This document shows positions 48,701 through 61,711 of a stretch of 64,000 nucleotides of DNA, piece after piece. The notes under the pieces are model-generated. The model saw nothing but the letters and a program-made list of their open reading frames with translations, did not search any database and had not been told where the DNA came from. The DNA is taken from the NCBI GenBank assembly GCA_949358305.1, contig OX442314.1, positions 30,380,001 through 30,444,000 on the forward strand, written 5' to 3'. Position 1 is the first letter of the stretch; the number at the start of each line of letters is the position of its first letter. The stretch is from Strigamia acuminata. Taxonomy: Eukaryota. The position numbers and the translations under genes are program-made.

Positions 48701-51700
48701 ATTAATTAAGTGTTGAAGTATAAATGATAAAACCTCCATGCTAAAGAAATATACATTATTTTGGTTGGAATCCAGACATTGTTCCAGACTTTTACAAAAT
48801 GATCAAAAATGCATTTTTTGGCATAAAAATTTATGTTCTCAATATTTCAGCCTAATTTTTAGAGACAAGTGTAAAAAACACTGAGGAATTCAAAAATTTG
48901 GTCAGTTTTTGATAATTCCAATTTCTAAGTGACCGTGGCCAGATTGATCCATTATTGGATTTACAATATTGGCCAATTAATGGCAACCAACGTACAGCCA
49001 ATATTGGCTAACAAACGGCTAGTTAATATTGGACCAATATCAACAACCAATATTGGGCCAACATTGGCTCAGACATTGCAACCGAATATTGGCTTGCCAA
49101 TCTTTAGCCAATATTGGGCCAATATTGTATTCCAAATAATGGCCAATCAATGGCTGCCTACCGACAGCCAATATTGGCTAACAATTGGCTATTTAATATT
49201 GGGCCAATATTGCCAGCCAATATCGGGCCAACATTGGGTCTGGCGTGGAAACCCAATATTGGCTTGCCAATCCTTAGCCAACATTGGGCCAATATTGTAT
49301 TCCCAATCAATGGCCAATCAATGGCTGCCTATCAACAGCCAATATTGGCTAACAATTGGCTAGTTAATATTGGGCCAATATTGCCGGCCAATATCGGGCC
49401 AACATTGGGTCTGGCATGGAAACCCAATATTGGCTTGCCAATCCTTAGCCAACATTGGGCCAATATCGTATTCCCAATATTGGCCAATTAATGGCTGCCT
49501 ATCGACAGCCAATATTGGCTAACAATTGGCTGGTTGATATTGGGCCAATGTTGCCAGCCAATATCGGGCCAACATTGGGTCTGGCATGGAAACCCAATAT
49601 TGGCTTGCCAATCCTTAGCCAACATTGGGCCAATATCGTATTCCCAATATTGGCCAATATTATGTTCCCAATATTGTACCAATATTGGTTGAAGGTTGGT
49701 TATATTGGCCAGCAGAACCCCAAGATACCCGATATTGGTCCAATATTGGCCCAATATATAATGCTACCTGGGAATGGATGACTATTTTACATCCCTAAGC
49801 CCAGACATCCAAATCCAATACTGGACATCCAGAAAATAATATCCATTAGACATCCAAATCCAATACTGGACATCCAGAAAATAATATCCATTAGACATCC
49901 AAATCCAATACTGGACATCCAGAAAATAATATCCATTAGACATCCAAATCCAATACTGGACATCCAGAAAATAATATCCATTAGACATCCAAAAAATGAT
50001 ATCCATTAGACATCCAAAAAATGATATCCATTAGACATCCAAAAAATGATATCCATTAGACATCCAAAAAATGATATCCATTAGACATCCAAAAAATGAT
50101 ATCCATTAGACATCCAAAAAATGATATCCATTAGACATCCAAAAAATGATATCCATTAGACATCCAAAAAATGATATCTATTGGACATCCACTGGATGCC
50201 CCTGTGTTATGTAGGAAATAAGAAATATGAATGGTCAATTTATTTATGTAGTCTATTTATTTTTTAGGAAATTTCCTTTGTTGACTATAGATGTAGTTGC
50301 AAGTGCTGCCTTTGGAATGAGTGTCAATTGCATTGACAACCCTGATTCTGAGTTTGTGGTTAAAGCGCTAAACCTTTTTCGAACTAATGTTAAACTCATT
50401 TATTTTATGTGTAAGTAAAACAGCCTTTCATTAAGTTTTTTCAATTTCAATAAACTTGTCATTGATGCATTATTTTTCATAGATCTATTTCCATTTTTGT
50501 TAAAACGATTTGCAACACTTATATCCTCACCGTTCAGGTACTTTGCCAATATTGCAAACCAAACGATTGACATGAGACTTAAAAATAAAGACGTAAAAAA
50601 AAAAATAAACTATATCTCATATGCACACTAAGTTTTAAATATACTTTCTTTTTATTTTGCTAGTTTACGAGAAAAGACTTCCTGCAAATTATGCTAGAAG
50701 CTGAAATACCAAATGACGAAACGAAAGAAAACCTTTCAACTGATCAAAAGAAAAGTGCACTACTTATATCTCATCTGATATCTGTTCATTACATTCCGTT
50801 TGACTTTCTACAGCACTTACAAGGGAAATTATCGTGGCACAAACTATACTTTTTATAGTGGCCGGTCAAGAATCAACTGCAACCACAATAACTTTCATGG
50901 CTTACGAACTCGCTCGTAACCAGGACATCCAGGAGAAACTTATAAAAGAGGTGGACGATGTCATGACAGATACCAAGGTATTAAATTTACATCTATACCA
51001 CACTACATTTCAAATTTTGCCAAGTTGAATTAACTCTTTTCAGGGTAAACTTACCTACGAAGGAGTTGCATCTATGCAATATTTGGACAAGGTTACGTCT
51101 GAAATTCTACGGAAATATCCTTCTGTAGTTCGGTAAATTCATAAATTAATTCTACTATAAAATGTACAAATTATTTTATTCTTATTAGTTTTGACCGAGT
51201 GTGCATGGAAGACGAATACAATTTGAATGGAATAATTATAAGAAAGGGAATGCCAATAATAGTTCCTGTTTACGCCATGCATCACAATCCTGAATTTTAT
51301 CCTAATCCAAATGTTTTCGATCCTGAAAGGTCTTTTCCCTTAAATCTTATGCAAATTAAAGAAAGTTGTAATTATTAATGAATACATCCAAACAGATTTA
51401 CACCAGAGATGAAAGATCAACGAAATCCATTCACTTATCTTCCATTTGGAGCGGGTCCTAGAAATTGCATTGCAAAAAGATTTGCATTACTTCAAGTTAA
51501 ACTGACCATGGTGCACATGCTCTGCAATTACCGTTTTCAAACTTGTCGAGAAACTGAGGTATACGTGTAATGATTATTGATTAGATGAAGGCCTAACAAA
51601 AATTAACTTCAATATCTTAAAGCATCCCATAAGGTTGCGAAAAGGAATTGAATTACTGCAACCAATTTCGGTAAAACTAGCATTGCAGAAGAGAGGGGAC

Positions 51701-51730
51701 CAACCACACTTTGACAAAACCATTGAATAA
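45708..51730 (+). CDS. Cytochrome P450, CYP3 clan, copy 2 (13 exons)
   Basis: Same exon structure as copy 1; WKMVR, AGQEST, EILR, PERF, PFGAGPRNCIA. Confidence 0.9.
46644..47158 (-). mobile_element. Possible solo LTR in CYP copy 2 intron 1
   Basis: Insertion absent from paralog introns; termini TGTCGTG...CACCACA; no TSD recognised. Confidence 0.35.
47880..50215. mobile_element. Outer non-autonomous TIR element with GACATCC subterminal tandem repeats
   Basis: Imperfect termini CACACACAACAC/GTGTTATGTAGG with AA flanks; 45-bp and 24-25-bp tandem units at 49800-50190. Confidence 0.55.
47903..49772. mobile_element. CACTA/EnSpm-like non-autonomous element with CCAATATTGG subterminal arrays, nested in the previous element
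   Basis: AA|CCCAGGTAGCATTA...TAATGCTACCTGGG|AA (2-bp TSD); repeat arrays at both ends around an AT-rich core. Confidence 0.85.
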
Positions 51731-53090
51731 AATGAATAAACAAACCATCAGTAAAATCAAGACTGCTTGTATATGAAATACTACTGTTTGACTCAAACTA
51801 GAATCTGACGTGGGAGATTTAATATGAAAAACAACCACCAAATAAATGTACGGTACCAAATTATATTTACAATTTTTTGCATTGTAGTATTTATTCGATC
51901 AAAAAATAAAACAAGATATAATTTCAAGTTTAAGTTTTTCTATGATTTAATTATCTTATTTTCTCGGTTACCGGACTTTGACCCCTGCCCTAAGTCCACT
52001 TCCCTACCGTAAGGGGGCACCCCATTACTGTTAGGGGTTTACAGATTGGCTCCTGTAAATCTCCATTGTTTGCCATATTGTTTGACTTGTACTAAAAAAA
52101 ACCAGTCTTTTGCTGTTTTCTTACATGCACGTACATAACTGACTCACAAGACATTTGCTCAATCTATTTTATTGCCCAGAACTATCCGTTCAAATAATCT
52201 TCAGTTTCCAATAAATCATACCACATGAATCCGCTTTGAAGGGCGTGAGTCTGACTTGAGTAACAGATAAATTGAATTATCTTTCAGTGCTGGATAAAAC
52301 AAACTGCAATTTTCTGGCAGAATTTGACTTTGATGGCTTGCCATAAAAACATGTAAGGCACCTTTGTGCTAAAACCTTTATAGCAACCCCCAATTTCTTT
52401 AGTATCGCACTCAGGATTTTCAGATTTTCAAAGGCCGCCAAATTAAAAATAAAATTTAAAAACTATAACTGCATTCAAAAATAAAAACAAGAATTTTAGT
52501 TTCAGAGTATTTTAAGTTTTAATAAGGGTTTAAACAGGAAATGATGTCATTTTGTTTTAAAATTGAAGTAAAACACAAAATATTTTAGCTTTTGAATGCA
52601 GCTAGTGTGTCTTTAAAATATTTTTTTCAAGAAGGGCCTTGAAAAAGGCTGCAAAAAAAGCTCCCTCAGAGCAGAAATTTGCACAAAAATAATCGCACAG
52701 GGCGTTTATCGACCCTTAGCGGGTCCCGACGGCACGTGTGTTAAAGAAACCTCTTGTGTACGGTATTTATGTTCAACTGTTTTCTCAAATGTTGTGCTTC
52801 GTATAATGCGATCTTACGTGGTAACAGTTTGTCACTCTTCGTTAGGAGCGATGCCAAATTGACGTCGTCATTAATTTTAAATTTCCGGTTGACCTGTCCA
52901 TTCCTATCCAACGTCACGTGATAAAATGTATGATTCATTACAACTGTCGGGATTTTATGACGTAACAACTAAAGTTAATCGTCACTAGATGCCACTGGTG
53001 AGATCACTGCTTAGAAATGCACTACACAACCTTTTGTACGAGAACAAGATCAACGTAAAGCCCAGCTTAGAAATTAATATAACAACATAA

Positions 53091-56000
53091 ATGGAAGTTG
53101 ACATTATTTTCACTTATTTCTTTAATTATTACCAATACTGGCTGTCACTTAGTGTTCTTGGATTAGTGTCATTGTGGTACACGTAAGTACTGAAAACATT
53201 TTAACATTTAATTTTGACATTTTTGCCATTTAAAGGAAGCAAACAATTATCATGTGATTGCATAATTTTATATTTGTATAATTATGTGCTTGAATAGAAT
53301 TTTGTTAAGATATTTAATTCTATTTTCTTTTGAATGGGGAAAATGATTAAAGATTTAAAAAGGAAAAGGAAATTCACTTTGTCATGGGTGGGTCTTTCAA
53401 CCTTCTATTTTCACTATTTTGTTCATTTTTTATTCTCTTCAAATTATATGCGCGCGACTCTACTCGCGATTTAATTTAACATTGATTTAATTTCACCCCT
53501 CTTTCTTCAATCGATTGAAACGAGTGATCAGCTGATTGAAAGATATTTAATCAATGACTGATCGATTGATTATCACTTCGCGATTAATCTTCGATCTGTC
53601 CACAAGTCATTCTATCCATTTATTTTCACTACTTTATTCTGGGTTCCATTTATTTGTACACTATTTTCCCTTATTTTTACACTAAAAAAAATTAATTTTA
53701 CACGACCCCGCCTTCTTTTTTCTACCTAACCTAACTTAACCTAACCTTAGGCTTTTGATACCCCGTCTCACTCCCATACCCTCTCTTCGTTGGAAAAGCT
53801 CTCCATTGGTCCTATCCCGCTGTCACTGTTTTCGTCGTACCTCTCCAACCGGTCATGCCAAATTGCCTCCGACCCCAAAAAGACTGTTTTTCCTTCTACC
53901 CGTGGTGTGACCCAAGGCTCTGTGCTCGGACCTTTGCTGTACAACATTGTCTCCAATCCTGTTCTGGATCTTCCACTGACTTCCAGCATTCGTTCGTTCG
54001 TTGATGACAATTTTCTATCCCGCACGACTCCATCAAACCTTAATATTGTTTCCTCCGACCTCTTTTCAGCCGACATCTCCATTCTAACTGACTGGTATAC
54101 GTCTCATGATATGTGCCTCAACCCCTCTAAAACCAATATTGTCACTTTCAAACGAGTTCCTAATGCTCGGTCCTCCAACCCCACCGACTCGGTTTCCATT
54201 CTTGGTCTTACCTTAGACCCCCACTTGACATTTGCCCCACACATATCTCTCCTTACAAAATTCCTCTCCCGGTCAGGCTTCATTGTTAACAAACTTCGTC
54301 GAGTTTTGTCCCAGCCTGAATTGTCAACATATATTAAAACCAAAATTCATCCTAAAATCACGTATGCTTCCCCGATTTGGAATTCGTCCCCTCATAGATT
54401 TAAAATTCCCCTCATTACTGCATATAACCTCGTGCTTCGTTTCGCCTTTAAAATCCCGAGGTACGACCACATCACACCGCACTGCAGAAAACATAAGATA
54501 TTGTCATTGGTCAACCTACTGCTCCTCTTTGATTTGTCATCATTGTGTGATGCTCTCCGCGACCCTGCTCATCCCGCGCATTTCATCACCAACCAATACC
54601 ACCCGGAGGCCTTCGTTCGCACCACTCGTAGACACATGTTTGAACCTGCCACGCATATCACTGCATATTTGTCGAAATCGTACCCATTTCGTTGTTTCTC
54701 GTCTTGGAACAATCTCCCCATCGAGCTTCGTTCCTCTGCCCTTGAATGTTCGTCAGCTATGTGTGCGTCTCATTGCCGCCATTTCCATCGGCGCCTACAT
54801 CGTCACTTATTATCGGTTCAATAATCATTGTATCATTGTATCACACTTGTGTCTCATTTCTTTTTACTCCTTTGGAGTGCGATCAAATAAATAAATAAAT
54901 AAATAAACCAGTCCTTGATGTGTATGAATTTATTTTGTGTAGAAATAACGGAAAATAGTGGTGATATTTAGACATTTAGTGTAAAAGTCAGGGATTTTTA
55001 GTGAAAAATAAGGGAAAATAGTGTACAAATATTTTTTTTGCACACGGAACTGGAATTTTCTAATGACCGACACCCGCGCTGAAGGTCATCACTAAAAAGG
55101 AATTCCGCTAACCTGCGCATGCGTGCCGGCCCGCGCGAATTTGTCGCAACTTAGGATTCAAACACTGAAGATTGTTACAACTTCAATTATATTACAAATA
55201 AATAAAAAAAAACTTGGGAAAGTGGGTGGGTCAGCAGCATTTTGGTGCCGATGGTAAGATAACAATGTTTGATGTTGACATAGATGTATCAGTTCATATA
55301 GCTTGAGTAACATCAAACAAGGTGTTGTCTTATTTTTTAAAAATAATTTTAAAAACAAATATTAAATGATGTAAATCTTATATTGTATTGCAACCACATG
55401 ATTTTTATTTATCGTTCTTCTTGTTCTGTTTTATCTTGATAAGCCGTCAGTGAATCAAGACACTGATATTGAATATGATTGTACTGTTTGACTCAAAAAC
55501 TAGAATCCAAAGTGGGAAATTAATGTAAAAAACAGCTAGTAAATAAATAAACAAATATATTTTGTATTGTAGTATCTATTAATTTATGTGAAAACAGATA
55601 TAATTTCATGTTTAATATTTTTATATTTTTCTGATCGATTTGTCTCACTTTTAACAGATACTTTACATGGGATTTTGATTATTGGAAAAAGCAAGGTGTA
55701 CCTGGTGAAAAACCTCGCCTATTTATTGGAACGTTTAAACCGACATGGATACACGTTAGTTTTGTATTATTTTGCTACCACACAAGTGTAAAACAGTAGT
55801 TTGCATGTAAAAGTTTTTATTTTTCACTTTACAATTAAATTATCTAATATTAGGATGTTTTATTTATTTCTAGACAATGGAAGATCAAGATTTGGAAGCA
55901 ATGAAAAAATTTGGCCCAGTGCATGGGTAATAAGCAATTTATAGTAAAAAATATGGTTGATATGGACATAGTGTAAGAAGGGATAGTGGTCTCACTCCGT

Positions 56001-58620
56001 CAGTTCCCTGATTCGCCACGGTGGCGCTGCTTTACACAGACAGACTACAACAGCATAGAAATGCATGCTGAACTAGGTCAAAACCACTCATTTTGATTGT
56101 TTTATGCATCAGAAGTAAAAATAATTTATAAAATAATTTAAAAATAAAAAAATAAAAATAATAAAATAATAAAAAATAAAAAAATTTTTTTTTAATTAAT
56201 TTTATTCATCTTTTTTCCCAAATTAATGATTGGTCGTCTAAATTATGTGTGTAATAATTATTTTTATTTCTGATGCCTAAAACAATCAAAATGAGTGGTT
56301 TTGACCTATTTCAGCATGCATTTCTATGCTGTTGTAGTCTGTCTGTGTAAAGCAGCGCCACCGTGGCCAATCAGGGAACTGACGGAGTGAGACCACTATC
56401 CCTTCTTACACTATGATATGGATATAGTATCTGTTTGGTATGCCGTATGGCACAACCACACTAACCGATGGCCCAATGGTTTGGCGGTTTTTTTATTTGC
56501 TATTTTTATTTGGCGGTTATGGTTTGTCGGTAAAGATCTTAGCAGTTTTGCATTGGCGGGAGTGTCGTGCTACGACTTCTTCCACTTTTGGGGGAATTGC
56601 CAGTTTCAGAAGTAAACCTTGAAAGCAGTGTCTTGTGTCATGTACCATGTGTCTTGTAATGTAGGGATAACCCCAAGTCTACAATATAGTTGAAAAATAT
56701 TTGTATTTTAGAGGATTTGTTGGTGCTGCACCCATTTTGACTGTATCTGACCCTGACCTGGTGAGACAAATACTGGTCAAAGATTTTGCTGCATTTCCAA
56801 ACAGAAGAGGTATTGGAAATATGGAGAAAGATAAAATTATGGGGAATATGCTCACGATAATGAAAGGTGACAAATGGAAAATGGTACGGAACACGCTTAC
56901 ACCAACATATACATCAGGGAAGCTGAAGCAGGTGATTTATATGAATACTGTAAAGAGAAAAGAGATTAAGTTCTTTTTAAATACAGATGGTTGGTTTGAT
57001 AGAAGACTGTTTGCAAAATTTGACGACTTCTTTAAAAACTCCAGCTGACAATGGAGAAGCGATCGAGTTTACCAAGTAAGCATTGTACAGTACTACATTT
57101 AAATACACAAAATAAATAATTTATATTATTATTTTTTTTAGAAAATTCCCTTTGTTGACTTTGGATATAATTTCAAGTGTTGCATTTGGGATGAGTCTCA
57201 ACTGCATTGACAACCCTGACACTGAGTTTGTGATTACAGCGCAAAAAGCTTTCCGTGCAAATGTAAAGCTTTTTTATTTTTTATGTAAGTACCGGTACTT
57301 GTACTTAACAATTTGTTTCAATAGTTTCTTGGCTAAAGTGTATTAATTTAGTTAAAAAAAATACTTGCAGTTATTTTCTCTTCCCTATTTAAATTTCTTC
57401 CAAATTTAATATCAAATCAATTCAAATACTTTGCCACAATTGCAAACCAATCAATTGACATGAGACTGAAAAATAAAGATGTAAGAAAGAAAAATTGTCA
57501 TTTAAATATACAAACTAAATACAGATATCCTATTCAATTATTTGAATTAGTTTGCGAGAAAAGACTTTCTTCAAATCATGTTAGAAGCTGAAATTCCTAA
57601 TGATGAAACAGACAGCTACCAATCAACTGGTCCTAAAAAAAGTAACATGTTGATTAAACTTTTATTTTATTACTTCCACTGAACAATCTCAATTTTTACA
57701 GCACTCACCAGAGATATTATTGTAGCACAAAGTATAATTTTTATATTGGCTGGTCATGAAACAACAGCAAATACAATAAATTTCATGGCTTGTGAACTCG
57801 CTATAAACCAAGACATTCAAGAGAAACTGATAAAAGAAGTGGATGATGTCATGACTGATTCCAAGGTATACAAAATTGTGCTATGTGGAGAAGTGTTGAC
57901 ATGTAAAATTTATTTTAGGGCAAACTTTCATATGAAGGAGTAGCATCAATGCGATATTTGGATATGGTCACCTCTGAAACACTCAGAAAATATCCTCCAG
58001 CCGTTCGGTAAATTGAAAATTATTTTACTAATTCTGAAAATTAATTTAGAGAAAAATTTCTGATTTTTTTTATAGTCTTGACCGAGTGTGTTCTGAAGAA
58101 AATTACAAATTGAATGGAATTACTCTAAGGAAGGGAATACCGATATCGGTTCCTGTTTACGCGATGCATCATAATCCAGAATTCTACCCTAATCCAAGTG
58201 TTTTTGATCCTGAAAGGTCATTTTACTTTAATTTGAAATAAATTATGTAAGTTAAGATTGTAAATGAAAAACATCTGAACAGATTTTCGCCAGAAATGAA
58301 GGCCCAACGAAATCCATTCACTTATCTTCCCTTTGGAGAGGGTCCGAGGAATTGTATTGCAAAGCGATTTGCATTATTGGAAGTTAAACTGGTCATAGTG
58401 CATATGCTGTATAATTATCGTTTTCAAACTTGTGAAGAAACTGAGGTACATACTGATTGTTAATAACTGTATCAATATGTCTAAAATAATTTTATTGAAA
58501 TAGTATCCAATAAAGATGCTCAAAGGGTCCGGCTTGCTGCAACCGTTATCGGTGAAACTTGTATTGCAAAAGAGAGTGGACCAACCACATTTTGTTGAAA
58601 CCATTGAAGTTATTGAATAA
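53091..58620 (+). CDS. Cytochrome P450, CYP3 clan, copy 3 (13 exons)
   Basis: Exon 1 at 53091, exon 2 near 55659; WKMVR, AGHETT, ETLR, PERF, PFGEGPRNCIA. Confidence 0.9.
53790..54907 (+). mobile_element. 5'-truncated LINE (CR1/L2/Jockey-like RT 3' part) with (TAAA)n tail, inside CYP copy 3 intron 1
   Basis: GVTQGSVLGPLLY, FVDD, LNPSKT, LGLTLD; TAAA repeats at about 54886-54907. Flanks at about 53655 and 55000 are inverted repeats of a host MITE. Confidence 0.88.
55967..56415. mobile_element. MITE with about 135-bp TIRs and 7-bp TSD (P-element-like termini)
   Basis: ATATGGA|CATAGTGTAAGAAGGG...CCCTTCTTACACTATG|ATATGGA. Confidence 0.88.
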
Positions 58621-58676
58621 AGAATAGAAGCTTTTAATTTCTATACAAAAACTGCAATTTTATTTCAATTAAAAGA

Positions 58677-59540
58677 CGTCCGGGACAATCGGGGACAATC
58701 AGAGACGTTGGGGGACGTTGGGGGACGTTGTGGGACGTTGGGGGACGTTGGGGACGTTGACGTTGGGAGACGTTGGGGGACGTTGGGGGACAATCAAGGA
58801 CGTTGTGGGACGTTGGAGACGTTGGGGGACGTTGGGGGACGTTGGGGGACGTTGGGGGATGTTGGGGGACAATTGGGGACGTTGGAGACGTTGGGGGACG
58901 TTGGGGGACGTTGGGGGACAATCGGGGACATGGGGGATGTTGGGGGACATTGGGGGACAATCGGGGAGGTTGGGGGACATTGCGGGACAATCAAGGACGT
59001 TGGGGGACGTTGGGGGACGTTGGGGGACAATCGGGGACGTTGGGGAACGTTGGGGGACAATCGCAGAAGTTGGAAGACGTTGGGGACGTTGGGGGACGTT
59101 GGGGGACATTGGGGGACAATCGGGGACGTTGGGGACATTGGGGGACAATCAAGGACGTTGTGGAACGTTGGGGGACAATCAAGGACGTTGGGGGACGTTG
59201 GGGGACATTGGGGACGTTGGGGGACGTTGGGGGACATTGGGAGACAATCAAGGACGTTGTGGAACGTTGGGAGACAATCAAGGACGTTGGGGGGATATTG
59301 GGGACGTTGGGGGACATTGGGGAACAATCGGGGACGTTGGGGGACAATCGGGAACATTGGGGGACGTTGGAAGACGTTGGGGGACATTGGGGAACAATCG
59401 AGGACGTTGGAGGACATTGGTGAACAATCGAGGACGTTGAGGGACATTAGGGGACAATCGGGGACGTTGGGAGACAATCGAGGACGTTGGGGAATGTTGG
59501 GGGACAATCGGGGACATTGAGGGACGTTGGGGGACACCGG
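58677..59540 (+). repeat. G-rich minisatellite of 9-10-bp units (GGGGGACGTT, GGGGGACAAT variants)
   Basis: About 860 bp of tandem degenerate units read directly. Confidence 0.95.
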
Positions 59541-59599
59541 ACCCACCTGAAACACGGCATTTTAACTCACCTGCAAGTTTACAATCTTACTCAGGTTCT

Positions 59600-60740
59600 G
59601 ACTCCGACGTGAATCCTTCCTCAACAAGAATGCGACAATCGACATCGACATCATCGACGTCAGCATAGAGGCCATTCTTTTCGACGTAATAATCGATATT
59701 AAATATTACACTGCTGAAGAAATTGATCGATTATTAGCTGACCGTCGATCACTACGGTATAGTCGCGGATCAAAATCACCTGTCCTTAAAAAAGATGACG
59801 TGAAACGGTCACGTTCTCTCTCACCAGGGGCAGCTAAATCGCCTGCTACGGAACCTTGCAATGTTTGTAAAAAGCTAGGACATTGGGCAAAGGAATGTCC
59901 CGATAAAAAATTAGCTAAAGAGAAAATTTGGGCGGATAAAACGATGAAATCCATTAGCGAACTCTTACGAAAAAACTTGTATGCGCGCATCCAGAAGGTC
60001 TAGTGGATGCGACGCCTTACAGCATTGGAAAATAATTTAATGCCATCTGAAATTTTAAAAGAATTTTTGAAAACCCAGATTAAAATAGAAATTAATAATA
60101 AAGATAATTTGACTTTTCCATAAATTGATGTTTTCAGTTTAAAGCAAGCGCTGAAAAATGAGAACATCAATAACGAATTTTTTAAAGAAAAAATTCAACG
60201 TATAAAAGTCGATTGGAATTCTAAAATGGAAGATCCCGCTGCTTTAATTAATAAAAAGAATGATAGACCTACTGAAACTAAAGTTGTCAAGATTGACCTA
60301 CCTGGTCTTGACAAATGCATTGAGAAATTAATGGCTACGACATTAGCCACTAATGAATTATTGGATGTGTTACGATTAGACCCTCCAATAGAAATAAAAC
60401 CCCTGCGATATTTCAAATGCAAATACGCAGACATACCAAATAGCAATGATTTGCCCACTACTCGGTTACAGACATCGAATGGAATGATAACTGGGATGTT
60501 GGACTCTGGAGCTAATCGTAGTTTCATGACCCACTCCGTAGTAATTTATTTGGGATTGGAGAAAGAAATTCGACCAATCGGACCAGATGTAAGAGTTACA
60601 ACTGCTTCTGAAGATGAAATTCCAGTTGGAACTCTTCTTCTTTCATTTTCATGGACACACGTTATGTTAAGTCATCCGTTCATGGTATTAAGAAATAAAT
60701 ATCCAATTGTTTTATTGGGATGTGATTTTATAGTCACTGC
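59600..60740 (+). pseudogene. Degenerate Gypsy gag-protease fragment
   Basis: CNVCKKLGHWAKEC knuckle and MLDSGANRSF...HPFMVL...LLGCDF protease resembling element B; broken by stops. Confidence 0.8.
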
Positions 60741-60779
60741 CCTCGAGGGTCTCCTAAATATAACAGTCTTGGTTTTGTC

Positions 60780-61433
60780 TTGATTCAGGCTCATATCATG
60801 TGCAGTGTACCAATCTGAGAGTAGGGCCAGGTCAGAAGTGAAATGTGATTAGGCGGGGGGTTCTTGGCCAGAAGTGATGGTCTGGGTCAAGAAATTGTCG
60901 TCAATATAAGAACGTATGCTGGAAATAAGTGGGAGAGACAGGACAGGCACCGCGATCGAGTTGTTGAGCATAGGGCCAGTGGTAGAGCCCTGAACGACAC
61001 CACGAGTAATTGGGAAGTCGACGGGGGCCGGATCAGATGTGACGTGAAAAGTACGATCAGCAAGATACGAAGAAAAAAGCTTGACCGGTTCGGGGCCAAT
61101 AGACTGATCACGGAGGCAATCAAGGACGTAAGCCTGTGGAGGGGGGTTGTCAAATGCCTTGGACACGTCAGTTTTAGCCAGGTAGAGTGTTTGCTTGATC
61201 ACATGAGTTGATGATATCGAGATACAGGGAACCGATGAGCAGGAGGACACTGGATGGAGCCGGGGCAAGTACCGTACTGAATGTGGGGGGGAGGGAGGCG
61301 GGCTAAGGTAGGGGGAATTTGCATAAGTATGCAATGGTCCGCAATCTTGCACAACAGTGGGAGGGATGAGATGGGTCTGAAATTTGATATCATCAAATTT
61401 GAAGATGGGGGTAATTACAGCATGTTTCCACAC
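60780..61433 (-). pseudogene. LINE RT fragment of the same family as 53790-54824
   Basis: WKHAVITPIFK, FRPIS, DVSKAFD, TRGVVQGS..GP, SSIRSYIDDNFL; frameshifted. Confidence 0.85.
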
Positions 61434-61711
61434 GTTAGGGTATATGGAGGAGTCAAATATAGAGTATTGAATGTCATTTCTATGTCTGGAAAATTATATC
61501 CCTATTATTTGATAAACTAAGGTAAAATGTATATGATTCATTACAAACTATGGTGAAATCATAATGAAACAAGTAAAGTTAACGAATTAATTGTCACTAG
61601 ATGCCACTAGTGTGGCTACTTTAATATTTATATGTCCTGCTACTTTCGAAACTCACAACACAAGTACAAGGTCAATGTAAACTCGAGCTTTTAATTAATC
61701 TAGCAACAAAA

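Noticed and set aside
47729..50006. Repetitive ORFs (NIGPIL, QYWAN, MDIIFW)
   Set aside because: Translations of transposon subterminal repeats inside a CYP intron.
58634..59555. Gly/Trp-rich and Pro-rich ORFs in many frames
   Set aside because: Artefacts of a stop-poor minisatellite.
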